Positions 25,462-39,313 of a DNA stretch of 64,000 nucleotides are shown here, in pieces. The notes beneath the pieces were generated by a model that made no database searches, was not told the DNA's origin, and saw nothing but the letters and a program-made list of their open reading frames with translations. Made by a program: the position numbers and the translations under genes. Each line of letters opens with the position of its first letter. Position 1 is the stretch's first letter. Source of the DNA: Lama guanicoe (lineage: Eukaryota); the NCBI GenBank assembly GCA_013239625.1, contig MU054323.1, positions 12,283,694 through 12,347,693 on the forward strand. Direction: 5' to 3'.

Positions 25462-26552
25462 CCTCAAACAGAAACACTTTTCTATACCATTAGGGAGACG
25501 TTCTCCTGAACTGAAATCTCAAAGCCACTCACAGCATAGCAAGAGGTAAGGGAAGAAACCAGCCTAACCAGGCCCATTAAATGTTGAATCGACTTTAGCA
25601 ATTAATGGGTAAGACAGGTAAAAGCCAGGGCTCCCTGTATTTCCTATATCTCATGATGGATGTTTTTCTGGCCATTTTAGCACTGTATCTTGAAATTTAT
25701 GGTCTTGAGCCTCATGTTTTCGCCAAAATCAAAGAAATAACTGAAGAATGAACAAATATTGGCACCCTTAAACCGTAAATAAATATATCAAAGAGTATTC
25801 CTAAAAGGAATAGGACTCAGAAATATTCTACAACAGTAATGGATAAATGAGAGTAAAATGTATGCAAAGAATTCAAAAAACAAAATTTCCTAAAAGAGGC
25901 ATCCATAAACGTCTCACTTGATGATCAATTCACTCTGAAGCTGCCATATTCTTTTAATTCACAATAGTAACAACAATCTCTCAGGAGTCCCTACCCTTAT
26001 GAACCATTACCAACGAAGACCAGAGCGCTGACAGCTAACATGTTGCAATCTCTGGAGGGTAGCTCTAAACTCATGGCAACTATGGGCAAAAATTAAGCAC
26101 CAAAGGGAAAAAGGAAAGGAAAAAAGACTAATTACAAAAAAGGAAATGTGGAAAAGGACTGGCATAGCACACAGTGCTCTTCTATATTCTACAGAACATT
26201 TGTTTTATCCACCAAAAAACTAACTTCAGAGAATCTACCACACAACTCTACCTGGAAATGGGGTTAAAAGAACTTAATTTCCACTAACCTAAGTGTCTAA
26301 GCAAGGATGCCCTCACAGTGTGAATCCAATTATACCAGTCGCCTTTGGAAATGTGTCTATAATTCCCTATTACAATCTCATCCTTTTTAAATGACCAAAA
26401 GACTTTTTTATTCAGCTTTGAACATCGTTGCTAAAAGTAAAACTATTCAAGGAAAGTGATAAAGAACTGAAAATCAGAGTTTAGAAAGAAAAGATAAACT
26501 TTAACCTCAAGTATATAATAACTACCATGATATGTTAAAATCTAGAACTTAC

Positions 26553-26695
26553 CCCAATGGCAGAAATCAGAAGAAACCACAAAGAGATTACTAGGATCCG
26601 CTAGATATTTACTGAAGAGTTTTCCGAATTCCTGTTCTTTTGACTCACTCAGAGCTCCAACCAGTACAGGAATAATGGTAAACTCATCCTTATGG
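26553..26695 (-). CDS. MEMO1: MEMO1 coding exon, 143 nt: [47 protein letters not shown](G)
   Basis: Long T tract plus ttaag acceptor, donor GGG|gtaagt. Translated by hand; contains the SSDFCH motif. Confidence 0.97.
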
Positions 26696-28129
26696 CTTAA
26701 AGAAAACAGAAAAAAAAAAAAAAGTCATTTAAGAAGTCTAAGAATAAAAATAGTTTTCCAATGTGTTGGCACTAAAAAGTGGAACATTTATTAATAGTGG
26801 AAAGGATAATATACATAATAGTGTTGATCTCTTAAAATCTATAAATTGATGTTTAAAAGACCGTTTAAAAAGATGAGAGGTACAGAATACTAAACATATC
26901 TCTTTAAATTACAGAAATGTACAGTATGCTTTATTAGATAAACAAAGCTATTTTACTAAGAGGTATAACGATATCCTCACATATAAGAATAAGCTCATCA
27001 GACCATCACCAAGTCAAGTCTTCTCAACTATCCATAAAAGCTACGATCATCCGCCCAATGCTTCCACAGTTTTAAAAGAGAATGAAATTCTTCCTTACTT
27101 ATTTTAACTCTATTCTAATATAAATACCACCATTTCTGGCACTTGTTCTATAAACCTGCTAAGTGACATCTACAAAATTTATCTGGGCTCCCGGAAGATT
27201 CACCAACTGCACTTTACACCTACACTAATAAACAGATACAGGACAGTCTGAAGACACACTCAAATTTCACTGGCATCTAGGGTGGACATAGAATTCAAGG
27301 AAGTAGATATTAACTTCTAGCAGCAGGAAAAACACCACGCCCATCCACAATGTTTATGGCATATCCACAAGTCCCTTTTTCACTCTACAGATTGAAAGAT
27401 TTATGGAAAAGGAACAGAGCAGATTAATTACAAATAACTGTGACGGGCTACAGAAACAGATCTTTTAAGTATTTCAATGTAGTGAAATTTTCCTTCCTTC
27501 CATATATTCAATATTATTTATATTCTATATGGTCCCAGATTTGGCATTTCAGGAGCATGGATCATATGTTTGTTGGACTTGTTCTGAAAAGGACTTTTTT
27601 AAAAAAAATCACCATTATAATAAAAGCTCTTAAATATGATAATCTGGCACTTAATTGATGTAGGACAAACAGAATTCATTAAAAGGGTCTTTAAAAATAC
27701 TAAGTTTAAGTATTATTAAAATAAATGTTAGCCCAGCTTCATAAAGCTAAATTCAGGGCACCCAAGCGCCTCCCCCAAAAAGGCCCCCTTACCCTTGTCA
27801 ATTGCGAAATAAACAGATCATACAGATCTCCAGTCCCTCTGCAATGCAGGGGCTTCTTGGGCAGAATCTGCATCTATGGAGTAAGAAAAAAAGAGGAAGC
27901 TGGCAGAGGAAGCTGCCATGGAATATCTCTTTCTCTGACTCTTACCAGTTTGCATAACAACTGCATGAATGAGTAGGGGCTCTTCAGTAACTTAAGAGTG
28001 ATTATCATTTGGAAGAAACGAATCTGAGCTCTAGTAAAAATTCAAGAGGGTTATGAACTGTTCTTACTTCAAGTACTATGTACATAAATAAATACACTAA
28101 GATCACTAAAGAGTCTGTCAGTTGTTACG

Positions 28130-28350
28130 GCACAGTAGGGAAGCAGGTATATAGAATATAAAAAACAAGAAGCCAGAAGAAAGGGGTTCAAGTACTGCCT
28201 CCGTCACATACAAATAAACAGTGAGAGCACAGGTAAGTCACTAACCTAAAAAATCTACTTCCTTATTTATAAAATGATCGTAATTACAATACCTATTTCA
28301 TAAAACTGCTACAAAGTTGAGGAATACTATGAGAAAAGTACTTTGTCAAC
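28130..28350 (+). mobile_element. MIR SINE
   Basis: 'ggggttcaagtactgcctcc...gtaagtcactaacct...cttatttataaaatg'. Confidence 0.6.
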
Positions 28351-30577
28351 ATTATGTGGCTCACTTGGAAGAAATAACATGTCATCTCCCCACAAGAGCC
28401 ACCACACCATTCAATTAACCTGAGTTTGAGCTACCTATACAGAGGTGAGTCTCATGCCACTTAGAAATCTAAGCTTTGTGTCAAGATTCAACCATCCACC
28501 CTTTGTCACTTCTCTTTTTTAAAAAATTACCTATTATTCTCTATCCCCACAGAACATGGATTAGAGAAAAGAGCATTTGACTTTGAAATGTAACATTCTT
28601 AGGTTTTAGAATACAAGTTGTGAAGCTGGTCTTTCCTGATGAAGGAGTATAAGATCTCACCCTCAAAAAATAATTACAAAATTGGATAAAACTACCACCA
28701 AAAAAAAAAAGAAGAAGAAGACGTGTTCTAGAAATCAACCAAAGGCCAAAATACAATGAGAAGAGTTGGCTCATGAAAGATAAATGGAACTTCATGGGAA
28801 GAATACTGGAAGTCTGGCATCTTACTAGGAACTGCCCCTAGCCCCTCCCCTGTTCCACCAACATTATGGTGCAAGCAAGGTGAGGCTGGCTGTGAAAACC
28901 AGCAGCTGCACTGCTGAAGGGGGCTAACTGTGATTTGGAGAAGAGCACAGAGCACAATACCCATACACAGCAGGAAACAGACAAACCTGCAGCCATTTTG
29001 TAGCCTGAGATTACCGTACCAATTGAGGCAAGCCACAAACCTGAGGACTACCTAGAAATTTAACAGGGAGGTTCCAGAAAAGAGAGAGTCACAGAGGGAC
29101 TTGATAAATTCACATATTCTGAGGAGAGAACTGATGCCCTCCACACAACCTGGCTGACTAGGAGGTAACACATGTGTGTCAATACGGCCCTAAGCTCCTC
29201 CAAAATACCAAGTAATTGGGAAGGAGAAAGCATGCACAACGGAAAGTGGAGACCCGAAAGAGACCAAGCACAAGACTCACACACCTCTGGCTGACCAGAA
29301 ACCTGCATGCATGCGCAGGGAGACAAGAGAAGACCCAGCAGAAAGTAAAGAAGGCAAACTTGAAAAAAGCCTGAACTTCAAATGTGTTCCCCAAAACACA
29401 CATAACCCACAAACAGAGGGTGAAAGCCATACTGGCTTAAGGTGTTTAAGCATAATCTTCCAACAAGGACTAGCTAAGCACTAAGCAATGCAAACACAGG
29501 GGTTGAATTCTAGAAAACCAGGATGAAAAACATAAATAAGAATTTTTTAAAAGCTGAGGACACATAAGTAGTCAAACCCTGTGGGAAAGACAGATTGTGC
29601 AGATAGAGTCCATGAAAGTTAACTTTAAAAAAATGAATTAACAAAACAACCACAACTACCACTACTACTGCCTGCAGAAAAAATTAATAAAGTCAGAATA
29701 AAGTTGCTATTTTACTATGTAAAAAGTCCAGTTTCAAGAAAAAATTGTAAGCCAAAGAAAAAGGAAAGCCAATTTTCAGGAGAGGGAAAATAAAAAAGAG
29801 AGAGAGCCAATAGCAGCTGTATCCAAGTGGGACCAGATATTAAACTTAGCAAAGATTTTAAAAGTTATTATAAATATGTTCAAAGAATCAAAGGAAACTA
29901 CTATGCTTAAAGAAGTTTCATGTATACATACATATATAATAACAATGACTAAATAAATAGCAAAATCATCAAAGAAATGCAAACAATTAAAAAGAATCAC
30001 ATGGAAATTTTAGAATTGAAAAGTATAACAAGTGAAATGAAAAATTCACTAGATGGCCTGAAGAGGAGATTTAATATTACAAAAAGAATCAGTAAAGTTT
30101 AACATAAAATAATTATCCAATTTGAAGAAGAGAGAAAAAAAGATTGAAGAAAAATGTACAAAACATTGGAGACTTGTAGACAACATCAAACTTACAAGGA
30201 TGCACCCAATGGGAGTCCCAGAAAAGGTACAGTAAAAATAGAGAAAAAATAATGGCTGAAAACTTTCCAAATTTTATGAAAACATTAATCTACAGATAAA
30301 AAAAAATCAATAACCCAAAGTAAGATAAGTGAAAAGAGATTCTCAACCTAGATAAACCTTAATGAAACTGATAAAAAACAAAGACAAAGAGAAAAATCTT
30401 AAAACCATCAAAAGGAAGATGAGTCATTACTTACAGGATAGCTTTTTCAACAAATGGTACTGGGACAATTGCATACGAAAAAAGTGAACTCAGACCTTTA
30501 CCTCATACCATACACAAAAATTCACTCAAACTAGATCACAGACACAACCATAAATTAAAATTGTAACACTTCTAGAA

Positions 30578-30796
30578 CAGGGCTCAGCAAACATCTTTTG
30601 AAATGGGCCATAAAGTAAATATTTCAGGTTTTCTGGGCCATACACTTCTGTAGCAACTACTCAACTGTCACTGTAAAGAGAAAGCAGCCACAGACAATAA
30701 GCAAATGAGTGGGTGTGGCTATATTCCCGTAAAACATTACAATAACAAGCTGTGGGACAGCTATGACCTCCAGGCTGTTGTCCTTTGCTGATCCTG
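30578..30796. mobile_element. MER58A-like MITE nested in the old L1
   Basis: cagg...cctg termini; 8-bp TSD ttctagaa/ttcaagaa. Confidence 0.85.
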
Positions 30797-30920
30797 TTCA
30801 AGAAGAGAAAAAGTTTGTGAACTTGGGTTAGGCAACGATCTTTTAAATATGATACCAAAAGCAGAAGCCATACAAGGAAAAAAAAGATAAACTGAATTCA
30901 CTTAAAATGTTTGCTCTTCA

Positions 30921-32320
30921 CACATCTAGGGTCAATTAATCTTTGACAAACAAGGCAAGAATATACAATGGAGAAAAGACAGTCTCTTCAGTAAAGTGGT
31001 GCTGGAAAACATGGACAGTTACATGTAAATCAATGAAGATAGTACACTCCCTTACACCAGACACAAAAATAAACAGAAAATGGCTGAAAGACTTAAACAT
31101 AAGACAGGACACCATAAATCTTCTAGAAGAGAACATAAGCAAAACATACTCTGACATAAATTGTAGCAAGGTTTTCCTAGGTCAGTCTCCCAAGGCAATA
31201 GAAAGAAAAAATAAACATATGGGACATAATCAAACTTATAAACCTTTGTGCAGCAAAGGAAATCATAAACAAAACAAAAAGACAACTGACGGACTGGGAG
31301 AAAATATTTGCAAACAATACAACTGACAAGAGCTTAACTTCCAGAATATAAAAACAGCTTATACAACGCAACAACAACAAAAACCAAACAACCCGGTCAA
31401 AAAATGGGTAGAAGACCTAAACAGACATTTCTCCAATGAAGACACACAGCCAGCCAATAGGCACATGAAAAGATACTCAATATCACTAATTATCAGAGAA
31501 ATACAAATCAAAACTACCATGAGGTATCACCTCAGACCAGTCAGAATGGTCAACATTAAAAAGTCCACAAACAATAAATGTTGGAAAGAGTGTGGAGAAG
31601 AGAGAACCCTCCTAGACTGCTGGTGGGAATGCAATCTGGTGCACCCATCATGGTAAACAGTATGGAGATTTCCAAAAAACTATAAATAGACTTATCATAT
31701 GATCCAGCAATCCCACTCCTGGCATATATCAGAGAAAACATAATTTGAAAAGATATACACACCCCAGTGTTCACAGCAGCACTATTTACAATAGCCTAGA
31801 CATGGAAACAATCCAACTGTCCATCAACAGATGACTGGATAAAGATGTGCTGTACACACACACACAGAGGAATAGTACTCAGACATAAAAAAGAATGGAA
31901 TGCCATTTACAGCAACATGGATGGACCTAGATATTATCATACTAAGTGAAGTAAGCCAGAAAGAGAAAGAAAACTACCATATGATATCACTTACATGTGG
32001 AATCTAAAAAAATGACACAAATGAACTTATTTATAAAACAGAAACAGACTCAAAAGACATAAAAAACAAACTTACAGTTACCAAAGGGGAAGTTGGGGGA
32101 GGAGATAAATTAGGAGTTTGGGATTAGCAGATACAAACCACTAGATATAAAATAAACAAGAAGGTCCTACAGGATAGCACAGGGAATTATAGTCAATATC
32201 TTGTAATAACCTATAATGAAAAAGAATGTGTGTGTGTGTATATATATGACTGAATCACTAAGCTGTACAGTAGAAACTAACACAACATTGTAAATCAACT
32301 ACACTTCCATTTTAAAAAAA
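30921..32320 (+). mobile_element. Younger 5'-truncated L1 (ORF2 C-terminus plus 3'UTR) nested in the older L1
   Basis: Frameshifted ORF2 peptides in the ORF track (30943.., 31465..); the older L1 resumes after the tail; degenerate TSD ending tcttca. Confidence 0.85.
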
Positions 32321-34919
32321 GTTCTTCTTCAACAGACACCATTAAAAAAATAAAAGACAAGTCATATACAATGGGAGAAAATCTTTGCAAATCATATATA
32401 TGAACAAAGAACTTGTATCCAGAATACACAAAATCTTTTACAATTCAGTAAAAGGATAAATTATCAAATTAAAACTAGGGCAAAATGTATGAATAGGCAT
32501 TTCACAAAAGAAGATACACAAATGACTAATATGAAAAATTGCTCAACTTCATGAGTCACTGGAGAGATGCAAATTTCACACCATAATGAGGTTACACTAC
32601 ACATCTGTCAGAATGGTTGTAATAAAAAAGAATGACAATAACAGGTACTGGCCAGAATGTGGAGAAACCCTAACACACTGCTCCTGTAATATAAAATGGT
32701 GCTGCCACTTTGAAAAATAGTTGGGCAGTTTCTAAGAGTTAAAACATAGACTTATCCTACAACCCAGCAATTCCATTCCCAAGTTATCTATTCAAGAGAA
32801 ATGAAAACATATGTTCACATGAAGACATGTACAAGAATGTTTATAACATTATTCCTAATAATCAAAAATGGAAATGATCCAAATATCTATCACTTGGTGA
32901 ATGGCTAAACAAAATTGGTATATTCATATAACTGAATAGCTATTTGGCAATAAAAAGGAATCTATTACTGATACATGCTACAACATGGATGATCTCGAAA
33001 ACAGTACACTAAATGAAAAAAAGCACAGACATGAAAGACTACGTTTTGTATGATTCTATTTAAATAAAATTTGCAAAAAATACAAATCTATAGATACATA
33101 AAGCAAATAAATGGTTACCTGAGGCTGAGAATGGGAGCAAAAGAACTGCTCTCAAATGGACACAAGGTTTCTTTTTCAGGTGATAAAAATGTTTTAAAAC
33201 TAGACTGCGAGAGTGTCTACACAACTCAATAAATTTACTAAAAATCATTGAGCTGTATTATTAAGTGCATGAATTTTACAGGATATAAATCATACTTCAA
33301 ACTTTAATAAAACTGTTAAAAAAGAAGAAAATCTATCTTTGCCACTTGCAAACTGTGCTACCTGTAGCAGGGTACTTAAACTATCCTGAGCTTCAACTGT
33401 CAGAAAAAAAGAGAATTACTAATACCTACCTTACAAAACTCTTGTGGGCACTTTAGTGATGCAGAGGAAAGTTTCAGCCCATCTGTTTCTGTTTTATACC
33501 CTAACCCATGCTTCAGAAAATTACTATATCCAAGATACGTAACAGACTAAAAAGAATTGAAGTCCCAGAACCAATAATGAAACACTCTCTTCAAAAACAG
33601 TATCACTGTATCACCAATATTCTTAGTGGCACAGAGCACAAAAAGTCTAAATTCCAATGCAAAAATTCTAATATAAAAATATGAATTCTGTAGCTAATAT
33701 TGTTCTATAGTTAATAATGCCGTATTGTATATTTGAAAGTTGCTAAGAGTAGATCTTAAAAGTCCTCATCACAAGAAAAATAAATGTGAATTCTAATATA
33801 AATGTTCTAATTAATAAGAAAACATAATTGGTGATGTGGTAGTGGTATATAAATAACAGAAGCTTTAAAATTGATGAAATTTTAAACTAGAAGAAATACT
33901 GTATACAAATAGTTACTTGCTTATTCTGTGGCATTAGTTTGAATAATTTCTCCCCTGAATAACACTGATGAGAATTTTCTTTTCTATGCAAATTCTTCCA
34001 ATACCCCAACGATTTTAGAAGCCGTCCAGAGCTTCTCAGGTGAGAATTAAACAAATTATAACCAAGCCAGTCCAAAGAAAAATTATCCTTATCCCTGAGG
34101 TGCTGAAGCTATTGCCACAATAATATTAGTACATAATTTACTCTCCTCTCCTCTTTTTAGATAGAAAATATTTACAGAAAAAAAAAAAGAGGACAAAACA
34201 TGTGTAGATAAATATAAAAAAATCTTTACTCTGATAAAAATGAAATGCATCCCAATCTTCCCAAATGTCTTATGCTACCTCTTGCTCAACCTTTTCATGG
34301 TTATAGAAACTAAAATTGTTCCATTACAACTAACAAAGAACTTTTACTTATTATTACCAAAATATTCCATGTTCTATAATTCTAAAAAATGCTCTCTTCC
34401 TGAAGTATAGGTAATACTCAGAAGGAATCAATGTTCATGGAAAAGGGAAACTCAAATATATCAAGAAAGACAATGCTTGCTCTAAAATCTCAATAAATGA
34501 CAACAAAAAAGACAAGACATATGCAGGAATACTCAAATAACCGGGAGTATAAAAGTCACACAATAAGAACACATTTGAAAATAGTACTGCTCTTGTGGCT
34601 GTCACGTAAGCTGGACAGGGCAGAAAATTTCAATTTTCTTTTTATCTCCGCAGACAAGCCATTCCAATCTGTTAAAGAATAACTACACAAGAACATACCT
34701 TACTTTTCTGTGACCATTTCTAGTATCTGAAGACCTGGACTGAAGTCACGATCAGAAAGAAAAGGAAAATTTTAAGGTCTAGTACAAACCTAAGCTGTAA
34801 CAAAGGTTAAGATGGCATTTAAAGCAAGTCCAAAAGTCAGAAAGTTCTAATGGCAACATGGTACCCTGGAATTTGGAAAACAGAATGGGAATTTTGCAAG
34901 AGAGTTAACACAGAAGATC

Positions 34920-35455
34920 TGTTGCTGCAATCTTTAGAATGGCCTGCTTGTAAGACTGGCCCTTGGCCTACACCTAGGAACTTGGCTTTTGCCTACATTC
35001 CTTATGTTGATTAACGTTGTTTTACCCTCTTGGGACACTGTACCAGCTTATCTAGACTATTTATAAATTATGTGATTATGGTAAACACCTGCTTTCCTTC
35101 CCGGAGTCTGGAATTTCAGTAGCTGTGACTAGTCACACAGGCAGAAAGTGCCTACATCACTTGCCCCCAGTAAAAATGCTGGCTTTTGAATCTTAAAGCA
35201 GGATTCCCTGGCTAAACACTGTACATGTGTTAACAGTGCTGGAGGATCCACATTCTATTCAACACAGCCCTATGGGAGGGAGAATGTTGGAAGCATGCAC
35301 TTGGATTCTGCCAGATTCTGCCTGACACGTCTTTTTTCCCTTGCCAGTCCTGTTGTGCATCACATCTTTTCTACTAAACCACAGTCATGAATACAACTGT
35401 TGAGTCCTTCTAATGAGTTTGCAAACATTAGGCTGCTTGTAGAACCTTTGAAACA
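34920..35455. mobile_element. Solo ERVL-type LTR (MER68/MER77/MER21-like)
   Basis: TG...CA ends; 'aagactggcccttggc...ggaacttgg' and 'ggagtctggaattt' motifs. Confidence 0.65.
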
Positions 35456-36149
35456 GGCGTTAAAGGCCTGGTGACATAAAGGTATCATAATTGCAGAGTT
35501 TTAGAGAGCCCTATAAGGAAGAATTTCATCTTTTCCTCTTAATCAGATCCACCTTCAACAACAGGGACATGCACATTTATATTTTATGCAGAATATTCTG
35601 ACTGTGAGAAAGAATAAATGAAAAAGATCTAGAAAACATCAACTAGAGCCAAAGCACTGAGAAAGAGGAGTAAGAAAGGTCAAAGGAAGAAGGTAAACCA
35701 GCTGTCAATGACAAAGTGTAAAATTACACTTAAGTCATTATAAATCTTTGCTGTTTGTTCAGTTAAGTGAATCTAATGAGATTATCAAAATTAATTTTTA
35801 AAGTTATACCTTTCGAAATCTGTATGCTAGCAGGAATACTGATAAGAAAGGTTTTACAAAGGCAAGTACATTTCAGGAATTAGAGAGACATACTAAATAA
35901 ACTTTATTAAAGAAAACTCAACCATTTGAAGCAAAACAGTCCTATGATAAATTGACCACATTTGCTTTCAGAATTATAAAGAAATTCCAATTTTTGATAG
36001 AAACAAGTTGACATTTCCATGCCCTATGTCTCCTAAAATTACACCTAGCTTACATCTAAAATTTACAGCTTTACCCTCTCTGATAATGGCATACTATTGT
36101 CAAAAATTTGCACTGTCTTAAAATTACCTACTCTCCCACAAAGAAACAT

Positions 36150-37090
36150 TTACCAAGTTCTATTTACTCTAACCTTTGAACGTCTCCTATAATCTGCTCA
36201 GTTTAGCACCCTATGCACCACTACCTTAGTTCAAAGCCCCCACGATTTCTAAACTATTTCTATCAATCTCTTTCAACTCTAATCCATCCTTCACAGTACC
36301 ATCATGCCATTAAGTGCAATATTCTTACAGTCAAACTGTAATCATCTCCTCCGTTTGCTGAGGACCTTTCAGTAGCTCCATACCAATCATGGAATAAAAT
36401 ACAAATTCATACAATGACATTCAATGCCCTCCTTAATCTGGTCCCACCCTACTGTTCCAACTTTCTAATCCTGGCCCTCTGACTATGCATCTACAAGGTC
36501 ACCAATTTGAATGTCTCCAGTCCCAGGTTGATATCATACACGTGTGAAAAGCTGGATGAGGTAAAAGACAACAGGAAGTGGCAGAACCAATATCCAACGA
36601 AAAGGATTCATATATGTCAAAAAGCTTTTTATAACTAGGCAGGCCAAACCAAAAACACCTACAGATAGGCCTCAGTTACTATCCCGGCCTTTTGCAACTC
36701 CCACAAGCTAAGTCAAACAGTCTTCTGCTCTTAATTTAAGTCCCGGTCTTTCTTACTCCTATACTTTGTATTTACAGCACTACCTTTCCCACAGAAAAAA
36801 ATTCTGCCCTTTCTGTGGAAATTACAGCCATCTTCATTCAGGGTCTACTCAAATACTATCTTCTCCATAAAGCTTTCTCTGTGTTCCCCTAATTCAGCTA
36901 CTGTCTACAACCTCTTTTTCTGCTCCCATAAACTCAACTGCACTTACTGAACTAAATTATATTAATTTTATATAGTTCTTATATCTCTCCTACTAGGCTA
37001 TATGCTCAGGAAACACACAACCTTTGCTTATTTTTGTATTACTCATCATTCCTTGCACAATTAGGCAACTCTACTAACATTTGAAAAACT
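36150..37090 (+). mobile_element. L2 fragments
   Basis: 'ccactaccttagttcaaagccc', 'tcttctccataaagctttctctg'. Confidence 0.55.
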
Positions 37091-37164
37091 CAAATTTATC
37101 AAAATTTTTAAATTCTGAGAGTAAATGTCACCTTAAAAACAATAAATTTTTACATCAATTACCT

Positions 37165-38040
37165 AGTAAAACAGTGTGACTCCAACTAAAGACATTCTGG
37201 AAAAGGCAAAACTATGGAAGGAGTACAAAGATGGGTGGTTGCCAGGACCTAGGGGAGGGAGAAAATAACAGGTGGAACACAGAGGACTTCAGGGCAGTGA
37301 AACGCCTCCAAATGATCCCATACTGGTGGATGCATGTCATCATACACTTGTCAAGCCCACAGAACATCCAACAGCAAGAGTGACCCTCATGTAAACTGCA
37401 GGCTGTAGTTAATACTAATGTCTTAGTATTGGTCCATTTATTGTAGTAAGTGTAGACACGAACTTAGAATATTAGTAATAGAGAAAGTTCTGTGTGTTGG
37501 GGAGAGGGAGTACATGGAACTCTCTGTACTTTCTGTTCAATTTTCCCATAAACCCAAAACTGCTCTAAGAAATAATATCTATTAATTCGAAACAAAAGAT
37601 AACAACAACAACAAAAAAAAACAATAAAGAGAAATAAGCTATCAAGCCATAAAAAGACATGGAAGAATCATGAAAATATATTATTGACTTAAAGAAGACA
37701 ATCTGAAAAGGTTACATACTGCACAATTCCAACTATATGATATTTCACAAAGTATATAACTATAAAGACATAAAAAGATCAGTAGTTACCAAGGGCTGGA
37801 TGGAGGTGGAGTGAGGGGAGAAGATGATTAGGCAGAGCACAAGGCAGTGAAACTATTCCGTATGGTACTTTAATGGTAGATACATGACATGAGAAACCCA
37901 TAAACTATATAACACAAAGAGTAAACCCTAATTAAACTCTGAACTTTAGTTAATAATAATGTATCAATATTGGTTCAACTGTAACAAATGTATTATACTA
38001 ATAAAGATGTCACAAACAGGAAAAACTGTTTAGTTAATAG
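37165..38040 (+). mobile_element. Two adjacent L1MC-like 3'UTR fragments
   Basis: The L1MC 3' motif series occurs twice (37165-37620 and 37630-38040). Confidence 0.7.
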
Positions 38041-38136
38041 TATTTAATAAAATACAGGGGCATCTGATAGTGGTGTTCTCACACAGGGAACTCAAAAATA
38101 TAATCAATATGAATAAATATAAGAATAAGAATATAA

Positions 38137-38211
38137 GAGGGTAATAGTTCAGTGGCAGAGCTGCATACTTAGCATACATGAGGTCCTGCATTCATGCATG
38201 CTAAAAAAAAA
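38137..38211 (+). mobile_element. Truncated tRNA-derived SINE
   Basis: 'tagttcagtggcagag...ttagcatacatgaggtcctg' followed by an A tail. Confidence 0.7.
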
Positions 38212-39188
38212 GAATTACAAGAGTTAGGTTAAATGATCTGGATAAATGATATAAAATCAAGGTTATTTAATATATAACGGTCTAAGTACTAAGAGTTATC
38301 AAATCTTAACCACGATGAATTTCTAAGATTGGCTAGAACCTAAAAGAGAAGATGGAACAGATTTGAATATACTGTACTGTGCTTTCAAGGTGTCCCTATT
38401 CCAAAATATTAGCAGTAACAAAAAGTATTATACGGCTAAAAAGATAATAATGACATTTTTACAGTGAAGATGAACATTTTTACAGGGCCATATTTCTCAA
38501 ACACTTCGAAAATTACTAAAGCATTCTATTTACTCTGCACATTTTTCCTGAACAAAAAGCATTGAAAATGGGGCAAAGCAATTGTTCCATATCTTGACTA
38601 TGGTGGATATTTACAACTCTGCATTTATCAATACTTATAGCATAGGATTCTATGCCATGAAGAGCACATTTTACAGTATGTAAATTACCCCCAAAATCAA
38701 TTAAAATTTTAAACTGCAAGCAAAGAGTAAATGGGGATGATATAGAGAAAGAAATAAGGGGCAGGGGAGAAGGGTTATATAACTGAACAGAGTAAAACAC
38801 AAAGAAAAGGAAGAGGTGAAATCCAATGCTGTTAATTTTAAGAGTAAATCGTTTTTTCAAGATTGACAATTTCTATATATCCTAACTTAACTCTCAAATG
38901 CAATTATATGCAACAGTAAAAATCATGAATTCTGACAAAGATAAAGTATGGAAAAAGATCAGAATAAAGTACTTAAGATATAATCTTGTATATGTATTTT
39001 TTAATTTACACAAATAAACATGTGTATGTATAAATCACATATATACATAGACATATGCACACATACATGTTAGCAGATGCATAATTTTTACTTTCAATAA
39101 ACACTGGTTGAGGGGAAGCAGAGAAGCTTTCATTGTTCACTCTGTACTTCTCAATACTGTTTACGTTTGTAAACCATGTACATCCATT

Positions 39189-39313
39189 GTTTTTCTTTTT
39201 CTGGCTGTGGAGGCATGGCAGGACCCAGGTGGCCCACTGGGTGAGTGGTGGTGTCTGGGCCCACCTCACCTCCTCAGCCAAGGCACTGGCCGGCCATTGG
39301 TTGGCGTGGGGAC
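39189..39313 (-). other. Retro-inserted GC-rich fragment with poly(A) tail and TSD, source unknown
   Basis: TSD aaaccatgtacatccatt / aacccatgtatatccatt; T tract at 39190-39200; insert about 68% GC by hand count. Confidence 0.7.

Larger units (their letters stand above)
28720..33325 (+). mobile_element. Old, internally deleted L1 (5'UTR/ORF1 remnant, ORF2 end, 3'UTR) hosting nested insertions
   Basis: ORF1-like A-rich segment at about 29800-30430, ORF2 C-terminal motifs at 30440-30920 and 32330-32900, 3'UTR ending in aataaaactgtt plus A tail. Confidence 0.8.

Noticed and set aside
30936..31774. Cluster of overlapping ORFs on both strands
   Set aside because: These are frameshifted L1 ORF2 remnants and their antisense shadows; the same applies at 41128-42054 and 53482-54356.
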